Of a stretch of DNA of 64,000 bases, positions 53,601 to 64,000 are shown one piece after another. The notes beneath the pieces are model-generated. The model saw only the letters and a program-made list of their open reading frames with translations. It made no database searches and was not told where the DNA came from. This stretch comes from Antedon mediterranea (lineage: Eukaryota > Animalia > Echinodermata): positions 15,323,045 through 15,387,044 of the forward strand of contig NC_092680.1 in NCBI RefSeq assembly GCF_964355755.1, read 5' to 3'. Both the position numbers and the translations under genes were made by a program. Position 1 is the first letter of the stretch. Each line of letters opens with the position of its first letter.

Positions 53601-56600
53601 AGCGATTTTGTAGTCTAATGTAAGTTTGTTTCCGTTAGCAGCAAGATCACGATCACTATGAGAGAGGGCGTTTGTCATGATAAAATAGTATTCGTCTTTG
53701 GTCGCCTCATCACCGAATATTTCACCTGTATATTAGAAATTAGTAATGTAAAAAAATATTTCATTACTTGTATTATGATACGTACACATGAAGTAATGTT
53801 AAGTAAGAAGCATTGGTCTGTAGATGTTTGTAGATATCTGCAATTTCCAAATTATGTAACGTAAACAATCACGACCAAACCACATTTTCCTGTGCAGTTT
53901 TGGTGGTCTATTCAAGCATCTGTGGTTATTAAGTGCTCGCTTTATAATTGCAATATTCAACCATTGCACCTCCGTGATTAAGTTGTTGAAAGACTGAGTT
54001 CAATCTTTTACATAAATAATGCTCATTTTATTGTATGTAACAACACTGGCCAAACCACAAGAACAGTGAATGAACGTTGTAAGTCAACGTGAACGTGGGA
54101 TTGAATGTAGGAAAAATAAAGTCAGTACAAATAGGACTAAAACGAACAAATTATCAACAAAGAGAGGATTGAATGTGATTTTTTTTATTTAGGCCTATTC
54201 TTGCTTTGTTTCTGATTGACATAATCAGTCACATAAGTATAATGTACGTACATTTAAATTTCTAGGCCTACAGTCTGATTATATAGAATTAGGTCGGTCT
54301 ACTAATTCACCCTTAATTAGTAGCATAGACTTGGAGTTGTTTCGAAAAGTAAAGATTTCATGCGGAATTACTTTTATCATCATCATCATTCATAACGATA
54401 ATAACATAGCCATGATACTCTTCAATGGTTAGATAGGCCTACAAGACACCAGGACGAATTCCCTTGAGTACTACGACAGGATTATGTCCCTTGTGTCGAA
54501 CATTAATTCTGCTCATAGTCGGCTATTCTGTTCACATTAAGATTAATACTTGGTTCAGTAGATGTAGGTCGTGCACATATAAATTTCACCTAGACCACAA
54601 TGTTATCATTGCGCATGCGTAGATTTGGTTAAACTTCGCGTGCCTAAATGCAGTAAAGCTATAAACATTTTTTTTTGTGCAATTACAGCCTTGCGTGTAT
54701 AGGTTCATAGTTAACAATAACATAGAAAAAGAGGACAATTAAAGATGGTGAATGATACATATACTGTTGTCCTTGTCTTTATCAAAAAAGAAGAAAATAC
54801 ATTTATTGGCCGATACTACCCGGGGTTTATGAAACCGTGGTACGCTAATGACCTGGGTAGAGGGTGCAAGGCAAGGCATATGCCGTCATTGGTTTATATA
54901 AACTACAATAGGCCTTAGTCCATCCGTTCCCATCGCAGACGTCTTGCAAATGAAATTTTGTTTGTTTTGTTTTCCTCTGTAGTTTCAGTATATTTTTAAT
55001 TGTTAATAGGGAGGTTTCGCAACCTTACGAATACGATAACGAAAACGGATACGTCATACATTTGTAAAACTTTTGAGCTGATCCCCATTTCATATTCGTA
55101 AAGCGTATTCGTGTTGACGAATATCACCAGTCGTATTCGTAACTATAAACGAGTATAGTTTTTGATCTATTTTGCACATTTTGCATTTGAATTAGGAATG
55201 ATTCATGATTATAATATAATTATAGATTTATTGAAAGTAATTTACTAAAGTAATTTACTAAAATGCCAGGTCAATTTAGATAAATAGCAGTTTTTAAAGT
55301 CCTCACTCGCTTTGATGTTACGCTAGGCCTAGGCAGCCAAGCATCAAGCAACACGTACCTGCGCTTCGCTCAAATTTACCGCAGTCATATTTTGGACGCG
55401 CCTCGATATTTCGTTGCCATGCGAAACAGATTTTTTATGGCTTACGAAAACGAATACGTGTGCGTGACGTATCCGTTCGTTATCGTATTCGTAAGATTGC
55501 GAAACCTCCCTAATAACCATGAGCCACAATGTATTTTACTATAGTGTAAATGTGACGTGTCGCAGGAGTAGTCTCTCCTCATCAATCGGCAATGATCCTT
55601 ATTATCACAATAAGTAATGTACGGTGCTGTGCCATACTACAATTTTAACTGATTTAACCTTCGTGTATAATGATACTTTACAGTATTCTATTCCCGACAC
55701 ACAGCCTTATCATAGCATTTATCACAGAAAACATGACACACAATATTATTTATTTCACTTCTTTGTATTATTGAAATTCAATAATATATACGTTAAGTTT
55801 AGGATGCTCAGCGTAAGACTGAAATGTTCGAGGGCGATTTGTCAAATTACAATAATATATGCGTTAAGCGTACTTATACTTATTTCTAATGTTTGCAATC
55901 TACGACATATGCATAAAAACCGAGTCAAAGCATAGTAAATGCATAAATCCCAGGCCGCATGAGGTTCAAATATGGGCACCATCGATCTTGAATACTACTA
56001 TTACTACCGGGCAATCGTCAAGTTCAACAAGTACTGCTATTTAATGTGCCAACAAGCCTTAAAACAAGTACGCAGCATCCTTATTTTGTTCTTAATTTTA
56101 GCGCAGGCCAACGAGTTGATATAACTCAATGTTGTAATTACGGGACCCATCTGAGAAGAAGTGGTGGACACCTGTTTAAAGGCTAGACGGAAGGAATTTC
56201 AAGAAAACCCAGTCCAACTTAACATCTACATAGTAATGTAATCTAGTTCAACAATTACAGTGTGATACAACCATAGGGAGCGGTCTCTGATACGAATTAT
56301 CAAAGGAAATAATTTTATCATTAAGACATTTATATGATAACGTTTATGATCGTGGAATGCATGTAGAAATATAGCCGGATGCAAACCTGTTCATATCAAA
56401 AGTAGTTTCTCTACTGGGAAGGTTAAAGTTTACACTGTCCCAGTTACAATGACGTCACGTTGTGTCGTGCGTCCCCCATTAAGCTGGAACATGTGGGTGG
56501 GGACTGACCTGGAAAATTACTGTTCATGCGTGTTACCTTTCAAATGTCTCCCGTAGATAAAACCACCAGTTAAACGTTAATACTTACAATAATTATATTT

Positions 56601-57441
56601 TAGAATTTAGTTTCTGCGTTTTATTTTAAGAATTTATTTTTTCCGTTGTTCTTCTAAATTCACATATTCTTTTAAGTTTTGAACTTTGTTGGATACCTGT
56701 TTTATTCATTACCTTATATACCTAAACAATAGCAACTTTTTTTTAATGTGTTCCACTTTTAATTGTCCACTGTCTGTGTCTGAAGTTCAGAATTTCGTTT
56801 AAATTGTACGTATTTTTTCTCAAATAGTAACGATAGGAAATAGGCCTAGATGATTATTTTTTAAATTATAACATTGCATTCGTGACCTATATTCTTTCAT
56901 TAGCAAAATACACGTCATGTCCGAAAACAGTCAGTCCATGATACAGTAAAAAGTGGTGTTTGCTTCATAAGTTCGTCCTAGTGTCCAGCACATGGGCATA
57001 ATAATTAAGTCATTCTCAAACATGGATTTCGTTTTACAAATATACCGTAAAAGTTTTTTTTTAATCCCATGGGCTTCTTGTTAAGGATTTTCGGATGGGC
57101 TTTTCAAGATAGTCTTCTTTACGTGGTTTACTATTACTATCTCTTATTACTTATTAAGTAATTACTGCATGGCAAAATATACGAATATTAGTTAAAATAT
57201 ATAATACGCTAAATATACTAATTACTATTAACTAATATAATTTATAGGCTAAATATTCAAATGTTATTAGATTTATTAAAATTTATGATATGCTAAATTA
57301 CTATTTTATTATTTAGGCCTACTAGTTAACTAATTAGTTTGGAATGGTTTACTTACCAATCATCACGTTGATTCCTCTAGTAGGCCTAATTAGTTTGCAT
57401 AGGCTAGTAATACAAAAGACAAACAAGACATATCGAAACAT
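47680..57441 (-). CDS. Divergent ionotropic glutamate receptor, cluster gene 5 (~896 aa using the proximal first exon)
   Basis: Minus-strand exons 57441-57357 (signal-like MFRYVLFVFCITSLCKLIRPTRG), 53725-53567, 53381-53133, 52329-52160, 51757-51510, 50968-50839, 50560-50453, 50059-49928, 49474-49262, 48876-47680. Total 2691 nt in frame; M3 SYFANLSDY is the closest of the five to canonical. Confidence 0.9.
51868..51923 (-). ncRNA. Minimal type I hammerhead ribozyme motif (Penelope-associated type)
   Basis: Minus strand: UCAC-CUGAAGA-GUGCGGCCAGC-UACAU-GCUGGUCGUAC-GAAAC-AAAUGU-GUA-GUGA. Complete core, 11-bp stem II (two G-U pairs), 3-bp stem III, 4-bp stem I. Confidence 0.7.
52451..52797. mobile_element. 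Kolobok-like MITE
   Basis: TIR AGATATATTGTCCCCC / GGGGGACAATACATCT (1 mismatch) flanked by TTAA at 52447-52450 and 52798-52801. Confidence 0.85.
55007..55512. mobile_element. ~500-bp MITE with long TIRs (Harbinger/ISL2EU-like ends)
   Basis: TAGGGAGGTTTCGCAACCTTACGAATACGATAACGAAAACGGATACGTCA is mirrored by TGACGTATCCGTTCGTTATCGTATTCGTAAGATTGCGAAACCTCCCTA (~48 bp, few mismatches). Confidence 0.88.
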
Positions 57442-59289
57442 GCTTGAAATTACACTTTAATGAATGAATTCTAGACGAAATATTTGAAGGTAACTCTCTA
57501 AAAGCCATCTTAATTGAGACGACGAAAAGTATTAGCCAATGAAAACGTCCATTATGGTGACGTTTTCTCTAAACATTGAATAATAATTGCGTACAAGTTG
57601 AACTTCAGTTTCCTAGTACTTCAAAACAATTGAACTGTATCAATATCGTACATGATAATCGGACTCATCAGGGAAGAGGCAGATTACACTCTTCACTGAA
57701 TTCACCAACTTTTACATGTATTCTTCTAGTGATGAATATCGTCGTTTTACTTTAGGCAATTCTCTAAAACGCTCTCAAAGGAGATTAAATAAATGCACAA
57801 AATACCTTTTAAACCCTTTTGGAATGTAGCAATTTGTTCGGTCGGCCTAAAGCAGAAGATTATATATATATTTCACAGACCACCCGTATACATCTAATTA
57901 GGTATCTTTATTTTAAGAATCTAATATATCCATTAGAAAACTCCCATGGATGCAATTATTAAGACAACATCTATAGCCTAAATCAAACAACAATTAGTTT
58001 GTAAAATTAGGGTACAGCCTTTATATTATGGTGAAATTAGCTACAGTGGCTATACGTATTATATTGCTTATAGACATATATAGGGCCTAGGCTATATCCC
58101 CCCCCCCCCCACTGTTTTTTAAAGTCAGAAATTAGTGATAAGATAAACACAATTACTAAAACATTTTGTTGTTGGTCATTAGTAGATGGAATTTTACTTT
58201 AAATGTAAATTTACAACACTATCGTACTTTAAAGATATATTTAGTTATGACATTTCTATAAAATGTGCAAAAGTGAATACAGCATCTGCTGCATGTATGT
58301 ATGTTATTATTATTACGGGAATTGCTTTACATCTTCCTCATGTTTGATAAAAAATCTATGAATGATTACTCTAAAATGTGCAAGTATATTATTGTTGGCA
58401 TATTGGTGTAAAAAAGTCAGAGGTCAACGTGAACTCATCAGTTATGTCGTTGAAACTGATCATTAATTATCCACCAGTGACGTTGTCATCACTCTCGTTA
58501 ATCTATACACAGAACACAAATCATAGCTCGTTTACACTTAGTAATATAAACAATACAACGAACTGATACAAGATGTAGATAAAAGTTTCAAATGAATGGA
58601 AATGAAACAAGAATTATTTTTCAATACTGGTTTAAAAAAATAGGCATTCTGGTCAACATTGCAAATTATAATTAAAGGTAGGTCATCGGTACATTGTCTC
58701 ATTAATTGTGTATGCAGGATTCTTGTACGGTATCATGTCAAGCGATAACATACGGTGCAGTTTCGTGTCTGCATACGACAACGGACGAAACCATAGCATC
58801 TACCTCCAGATATACGGTAGTAGAAATCACCCGCCGCGTATGACCAACTACATTCTATTTAACAATTAGAATAAATGGTTGCTATCGCACAATATTACTA
58901 CATCTTTTATGAAGAAAAGTAGGCCTAGTCTAATTATCAGTAATACGATTATAGCCCAGACTTTTCACCTTTTCTACCGAATCAAATAACCACGTGGGTA
59001 TGGATAATAATGTGAAAGTTCCCACATTATCTGTTTTTTAAACTATGTGGGAATCGTCTATGAGGTTAATAAAATAGAGTTTTGTTAAAAAGGAAGTTTT
59101 TTTTTATTTGTAAAAAAAATAAAACCCCTTTAGAATTTTGGAATTTGAACCCTGGACTCACAGCATGTGTACCCTGACAGGTATTTACAGTCATACACCA
59201 ATTCGAAGACGGATTGAGAAAAGGTAGAAACCACTAGAGCTTTGGTAAGCAGACGCGGATATAAAAATCTTCAAAAAGGCGATAAGGAA

Positions 59290-59506
59290 GAAAAAATACT
59301 AATATTACAATATATAACTTAGAGCTCTATCCGAATCTATGGGAAAAGTCAAGAGACCAAAAAGACGACGACCCAAAACCACCTGGATAAAAATTATAAA
59401 AAATTATACGAAAAGAAAAATCCACAATTTTACCAATAATCGCTCTGATTGGAGAAGTCTTGGCGCGCTATGTCGCAAGACGTTTAACGTTCGTGATGAT
59501 GATGAG
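59290..59506 (+). mobile_element. Degenerate RTE-clade LINE 3' end
   Basis: GKVKRPKRRRPKTTWIKII...NNRSDWRSL resembles the RTE ORF C-terminus (GxRxRGRPxxxW...DRxxWR), followed by a (TGA)n tail. Confidence 0.55.
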
Positions 59507-59963
59507 TTATATAACTTCAGATTTTATTTAATTATTTAAACGTATTAAGGTTTATTACAAAATAACTGAACTGAAGAACTTTAATATTAAATATAATCAC
59601 CTACAATCATTTACAATCTAAATTTTCCTTTTGATTTTGGATAATTCAATAAAGCACACAGTTTAGTTCATCATTGATAGCAGCCGGATAATTAAAATTT
59701 CATCTAGCTAGTGAATATATCCAATTTTCAGCTTTGGAATAATATTATTCCTTTGTGTCGGACACCACTTTCTAAGAAGCATTACGTTTCATCTTCCACC
59801 GACCACGTCTTCATCTTCTCCATATTTCAAGACAGTTTCCTTCCCCCTTCCATATGCTCCTTTTCCGGACATATTTCGGCCTCATCACTCAACGAAATAA
59901 TTAATATTTAGACAGATTTTTACAAACATAAACCATCCATTGATATACATATTGTGTACTTAC

Positions 59964-60042
59964 CAATAGTGAAATGTCTTCCACCAGTAACAGAAATTAA
60001 ATTCCAAATAGTGAATAAAACAATAATCCCAGAGTACTGCAT
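59964..60042 (-). CDS. Second (distal) signal-peptide first exon, phase-compatible with gene 5 exon 2
   Basis: ATG at 60042; encodes MQYSGIIVLFTIWNLISVTGGRHFTI plus G|GTAAGT phase-1 donor, 79 nt. Length, phase and ending (hydrophobic-G|GTAAGT) match the first exons of genes 2-5. Confidence 0.75.
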
Positions 60043-60283
60043 TTTAAGATTATCTTTGTAAGTCTATAAAATTGATTGCATCTTCCTGTGTTTCTTCTGT
60101 GTTAGGTTCAATGAATTGATTTGGTTGTTACCATGCAGTGGATAGGGATCACACTATTTATACGAATAAACTGACATTGGAAACGAACGTGAAGGAGGGA
60201 CTGGCAAATTGCGTTTTGTATGGAAGACTGACTTAAGATTGTTTATCTGATTACAAAATGATTTATTAGTTACCTTAAAGAAT

Positions 60284-60294
60284 TGCGCATGCGC
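60284..60294. promoter_or_regulatory. NRF1/P3A2-type site TGCGCATGCGC upstream of the distal first exon
   Basis: Near-consensus palindrome ~240 bp upstream of the ATG at 60042; similar motifs occur near 21801, 31808 and 54610. Confidence 0.35.
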
Positions 60295-60357
60295 CATTTA
60301 AATTACCGAGAATAAAATTAAACAAAACCACTGTACCACACATAGTCCTTTAGGCGC

Positions 60358-60806
60358 AAGATTTATTTGTGAATTTATTTTGATTACTGAGATTTATTTG
60401 ATAGATAGTTAGAGAATGAACAAGTTCAGAACAACTGAAATTATTACGTGATAAACCAAGTGTGAGCCCCAATAATATGCCATATCAAGATTTAGTTTTA
60501 AAAGTATTCTGATTGCACCTCTCCGTACGGTTTGTTATTTATAATACTTCCGTGCCCGGAAGATTTGGTGCTGGATTCTATCGTAAACGAGACGGAGGAA
60601 CTGCCGGCCAATTTCTTTTTATCTGATTTACAACATGATTTATTAATATAAACTTGACGCATTGCACATTTTAAGTCACTGCGCATACACCGTTGATATT
60701 AAAGATATTTAACTATACCCCGTACAAAGTCGTTTTGGCATAAGATTTATTTGTAAATTTATTTTGATTACTGAGATTTATTTGATAGATAAGTAGAATG
60801 AACAAG
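60358..60806 (+). repeat. ~65-bp direct repeat (60358-60424 and 60742-60806)
   Basis: AAGATTTATTTGT[G/A]AATTTATTTTGATTACTGAGATTTATTTGATAGATA...GAATGAACAAG occurs twice. Confidence 0.88.
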
Positions 60807-61535
60807 CAAATGGAATATAACAAAATGTTGGAATATAGTAAGCGGTAGTAATACGTGCTGTATGCCCAGGGCGATCCCAGTTTTACAGAATACAACTACA
60901 TTGATTAATGCACATCCACATGTGTGTTTGCGCGTCTGCGTATGGGACGCTTACGTCGTTTGTAAATAAGAATCGTAATTTTAAGTGGAATTCTACATTT
61001 TAACACTAATTCTATGGAACTTTATTCCCGTGGTTTGAACCTACTTTAACCACTAGCTGTAGCAAGAACCATGGATAAGCTCCATCATCTTTTTTGGTAT
61101 ATAGGCTATAATAAGAACATTGCAAGATTCGAAATTCGATGAGATGATTCAATATTCTTGTTTTTATATACTAAACAGTGATAATAATTTAAGTAGGCCT
61201 ACATACGATGTTGTGGTTTGAGGCAGGAAATACACAGAGATACCCGTACTACTGTATTCAGTTATAGTTCAATAGCTAGTGTGAAAAAAAAACCGTTTTT
61301 AATGCTAGCAAATGTACAGTTGTAAATATTAGAAAATTAAACCTTTTTTTAGAACTAAACAATTTTGCAAAAGTGTTTGCTTACAAGTTTATTTCTCAAT
61401 AATTTTGCTAATGGGAATTTATCACAACAAGTGAAGTTTCCTAGTGGATATCAAAGTAAATTGCTATTTCTGGATAAACATATCACAAGTTGCAAAGTTA
61501 TGTTATGACGTGAGGACTAAACCATCAAAATGTAT

Positions 61536-61702
61536 AAAGCGTGGTTCCCACTAGCGACGCAACACAAGGACGTAACGCAACGCAAGTGAATTGACCAATC
61601 ACAATGGCTTATTCAACTGTCTATAACTTCGCTTGTCATTGGTTAAAACGCTTGCGTTGCGTTTACGTTCTTGCGTTACGTTCTAGTGGGAACCAAGCTT
61701 AA
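61536..61702. mobile_element. PIF/Harbinger-like MITE (family of 28028 and 3105; partial copy ~62465-62622)
   Basis: TIR AGCGTGGTTCCCACTAG / CTAGTGGGAACCAAGCT with TAA flanks and extended internal symmetry. Confidence 0.85.
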
Positions 61703-64000
61703 GGCACAATATCAATTAGTTCAACAACAATACATATAGGCTAATACAGATTAAAAGTGAATTAAAACACCCGATTCTGCTACTGTCAATAGGTATGTAT
61801 CTGTATACACCAAACAGCTATTAATATGTTGCATCTTGTTAGAATGCCTTAAACTTTTAAATAGATATACTTTGTATATAATGTATCAAGATTGACATTT
61901 TTATCTATTATATACTGTCTTTCGTTTATAGAACCATCTCAGAAGCAACATAATTGACGTTTATTGTATATCCTGAACTTAATAATACATGTATTGTATG
62001 TAAACATTCACTTTACCATGTGATATAAATTTCTTAGATACGTATCAATAAATCAATCTTTTCATTCCACTTTCAACTGCAACACGCTTCATTGTTAATC
62101 ACCCGACCTAGTACCAGCGAATCAATGTATCTTTTTATATAAACTAACTCTATTACATTAGAACACCTCCTATTCAGGGGACACTTTTTTTGTGAAACGA
62201 GGGGAAATATTTTAACCAAGACACCCCTGGGTTTCTATTGTAGGGTATGTTATAGTACAATCTTTGTGATGTTGTATAATGTAATCTTGACAATAACATT
62301 ATTGTGCATCACGAAAAATACTGTTTAATAGGCCTATTACACGTGTTCGTTGAAACAATACACAATTTATGGTTTCAATCTGTAAGTAAAATAATAAATT
62401 CGTTTTACTATAATTTGAGAAGGAAAACGACTACAGAACCCAAATTATTATACTAATTACAACAGTTGCTTGTGATTGGCAAAACTATCATTTGCGTTGC
62501 GAGTCGCGCAAGGACGTAAGCGGACTGAAAGTAGACAGTTGACCAAATCTATCGCTTGTGATTGGCCAACACATTATCGTTGCCCCGTCGTTGTGTTGCG
62601 TTCCAAGTGAGAATCAAACTTTAATTTACGTCATAGTGGGAAGCAGCGAAGCATTTTTATTTTTTTTATTCGTACATTTTTATTCACTTTCTGTATTTAA
62701 GTTTCTAAAATACTGTTGTTAAATATTTTCTACTCCATCATCATTTAGGCCTATCATCATCTTAATCACGTTATTGACAGATAAGAAATTACCATTATCA
62801 TTGTAGGCCTATAGTTTAGGTTAACACACAAGACATTTTCGAGTATTTCCTTATTATGGCTCATTGGTATGGCACGGATGAGTAGCAAATTTCGTCTGAA
62901 TGAACCTAGAATAGTCCAATTACCTTCTCTGGAGGTTTAGTTTTACGAGATTGATAAATTAGCGTATTGCACGCTTGAAACACTCAGCAAAAGTACACTT
63001 AGTGTATAGAATGCAGTGTAAACATTTGAATACTTGTAGTTTGTGATTGAAAAAAGTTAGATGTACTTTTACCTTAATAATTTGTAACCCTTTTAGGCTT
63101 GATGGATACTTAATATTTCGCCCACGTGTTGGCTGGTGTACACTTATTTACTACCCTTGAACCCCTTTTTACTAACATCATAAAATTAATATATAACATA
63201 GAAAAAGAATTGGAAATTGGTAGAATTTGAATATATAAAAACAGGTTTAGGTAAAGTACATTAATTCCTGATCATACGTGCATAGCTTGAAATGAGCCTT
63301 TTCGACTTAATTCTGTGCGAGTGCACTCTTTCCCTGCCAATCATTTCATTATGTGTAATCTAAATCTGTAATTATTAGTTTTAAAATAAAGAATGATGCA
63401 TTCCTATTCGCTCTCCCAGGTTCGTTTATAAAGTGGTTTGCCCCACCTTACTCGCTCTGGGGCATCAGCAAAATTATATAACAACACACGGGGTACCAAA
63501 TATATTCTTATTTAGGTTGGATTAAAATTTGAAAATGTCTTTTGGCAATGGGTCACTCTTGTGAAGTTCTCTTAAACAAAGTTGCATTGTGTGTGCCATA
63601 TTGATATATAATTGATAGACTGTATATTAGAATTGAAACAGAATAATATGTAGCATGTAGGCCTATTTAAAAAAGGTTAATATACTAATACCGTTTAAAA
63701 CGATGTCAATTGAAGGATACAGCATGTAAAAGCATATTGTGGTATACGATATAATAATAACATGTTATACAGACTTTTTTGCTGATTAGATTTATTGAAG
63801 TTAAAATTGCGAATTTATTATTATAGTTCGATTAAGATAGACGTATTTGCATTATGAAATCTCTCTTATAACCATAGATGAAAGATAATATTCTGAAGAT
63901 TGAAATTGAAATAATAATAATAGGCCTACTGAATAATACAGGTTTTTTAAAGAAACTAAAACATCATTATTGATTATTCATAACTGTTTTATTTAATAAC

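Noticed and set aside
382-57441. Assigning vertebrate symbols (GRIA/GRIK/GRID) or calling these insect-type IRs
   Set aside because: The ATD looks kainate-like but the gate and pore motifs are too divergent; orthology needs a phylogeny, and a full ATD is unlike typical tuning IRs.
60900-64000. A sixth receptor gene at the right end of the window
   Set aside because: No iGluR exon motifs found on either strand; only AT-rich DNA and MITE copies.

Overview
AT-rich, intron-containing animal DNA, probably an invertebrate deuterostome such as an echinoderm (inferred from gene content and a Deu-domain SINE). The window holds a tandem cluster of five divergent ionotropic glutamate receptor (iGluR, AMPA/kainate-like architecture) genes. 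Genes 1-3 lie on + (382-31554) and genes 4-5 on - (36513-60042), converging tail-to-tail. I assembled all exons by hand from splice sites, phases and paralog comparison; all five frames are open (gene 1 lacks its first exon in this window). All five keep the ATD, the ligand-binding Arg and four membrane segments. They share non-canonical features: a degenerate SYTANLAAF gate, a hydrophobic residue at the Q/R site (FQS/LQS for QQG), differing agonist-pocket residues, an ED[IV]CxxC ATD motif (four of five), a [QE][WY][LI] C-terminus and one ~1.2 kb exon for the whole channel. Other features are two alternative signal-peptide first exons for gene 5, furin-type sites in genes 2 and 4, a GC-AG intron, differential intron loss, a natterin/aerolysin-like pseudogene, a 5S+tRNA-headed DeuSINE, an intronic hammerhead ribozyme motif, several MITEs and LINE fragments, and a strong excess of the palindrome TAGGCCTA. 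No database searches were possible; family assignments come from motif recognition.
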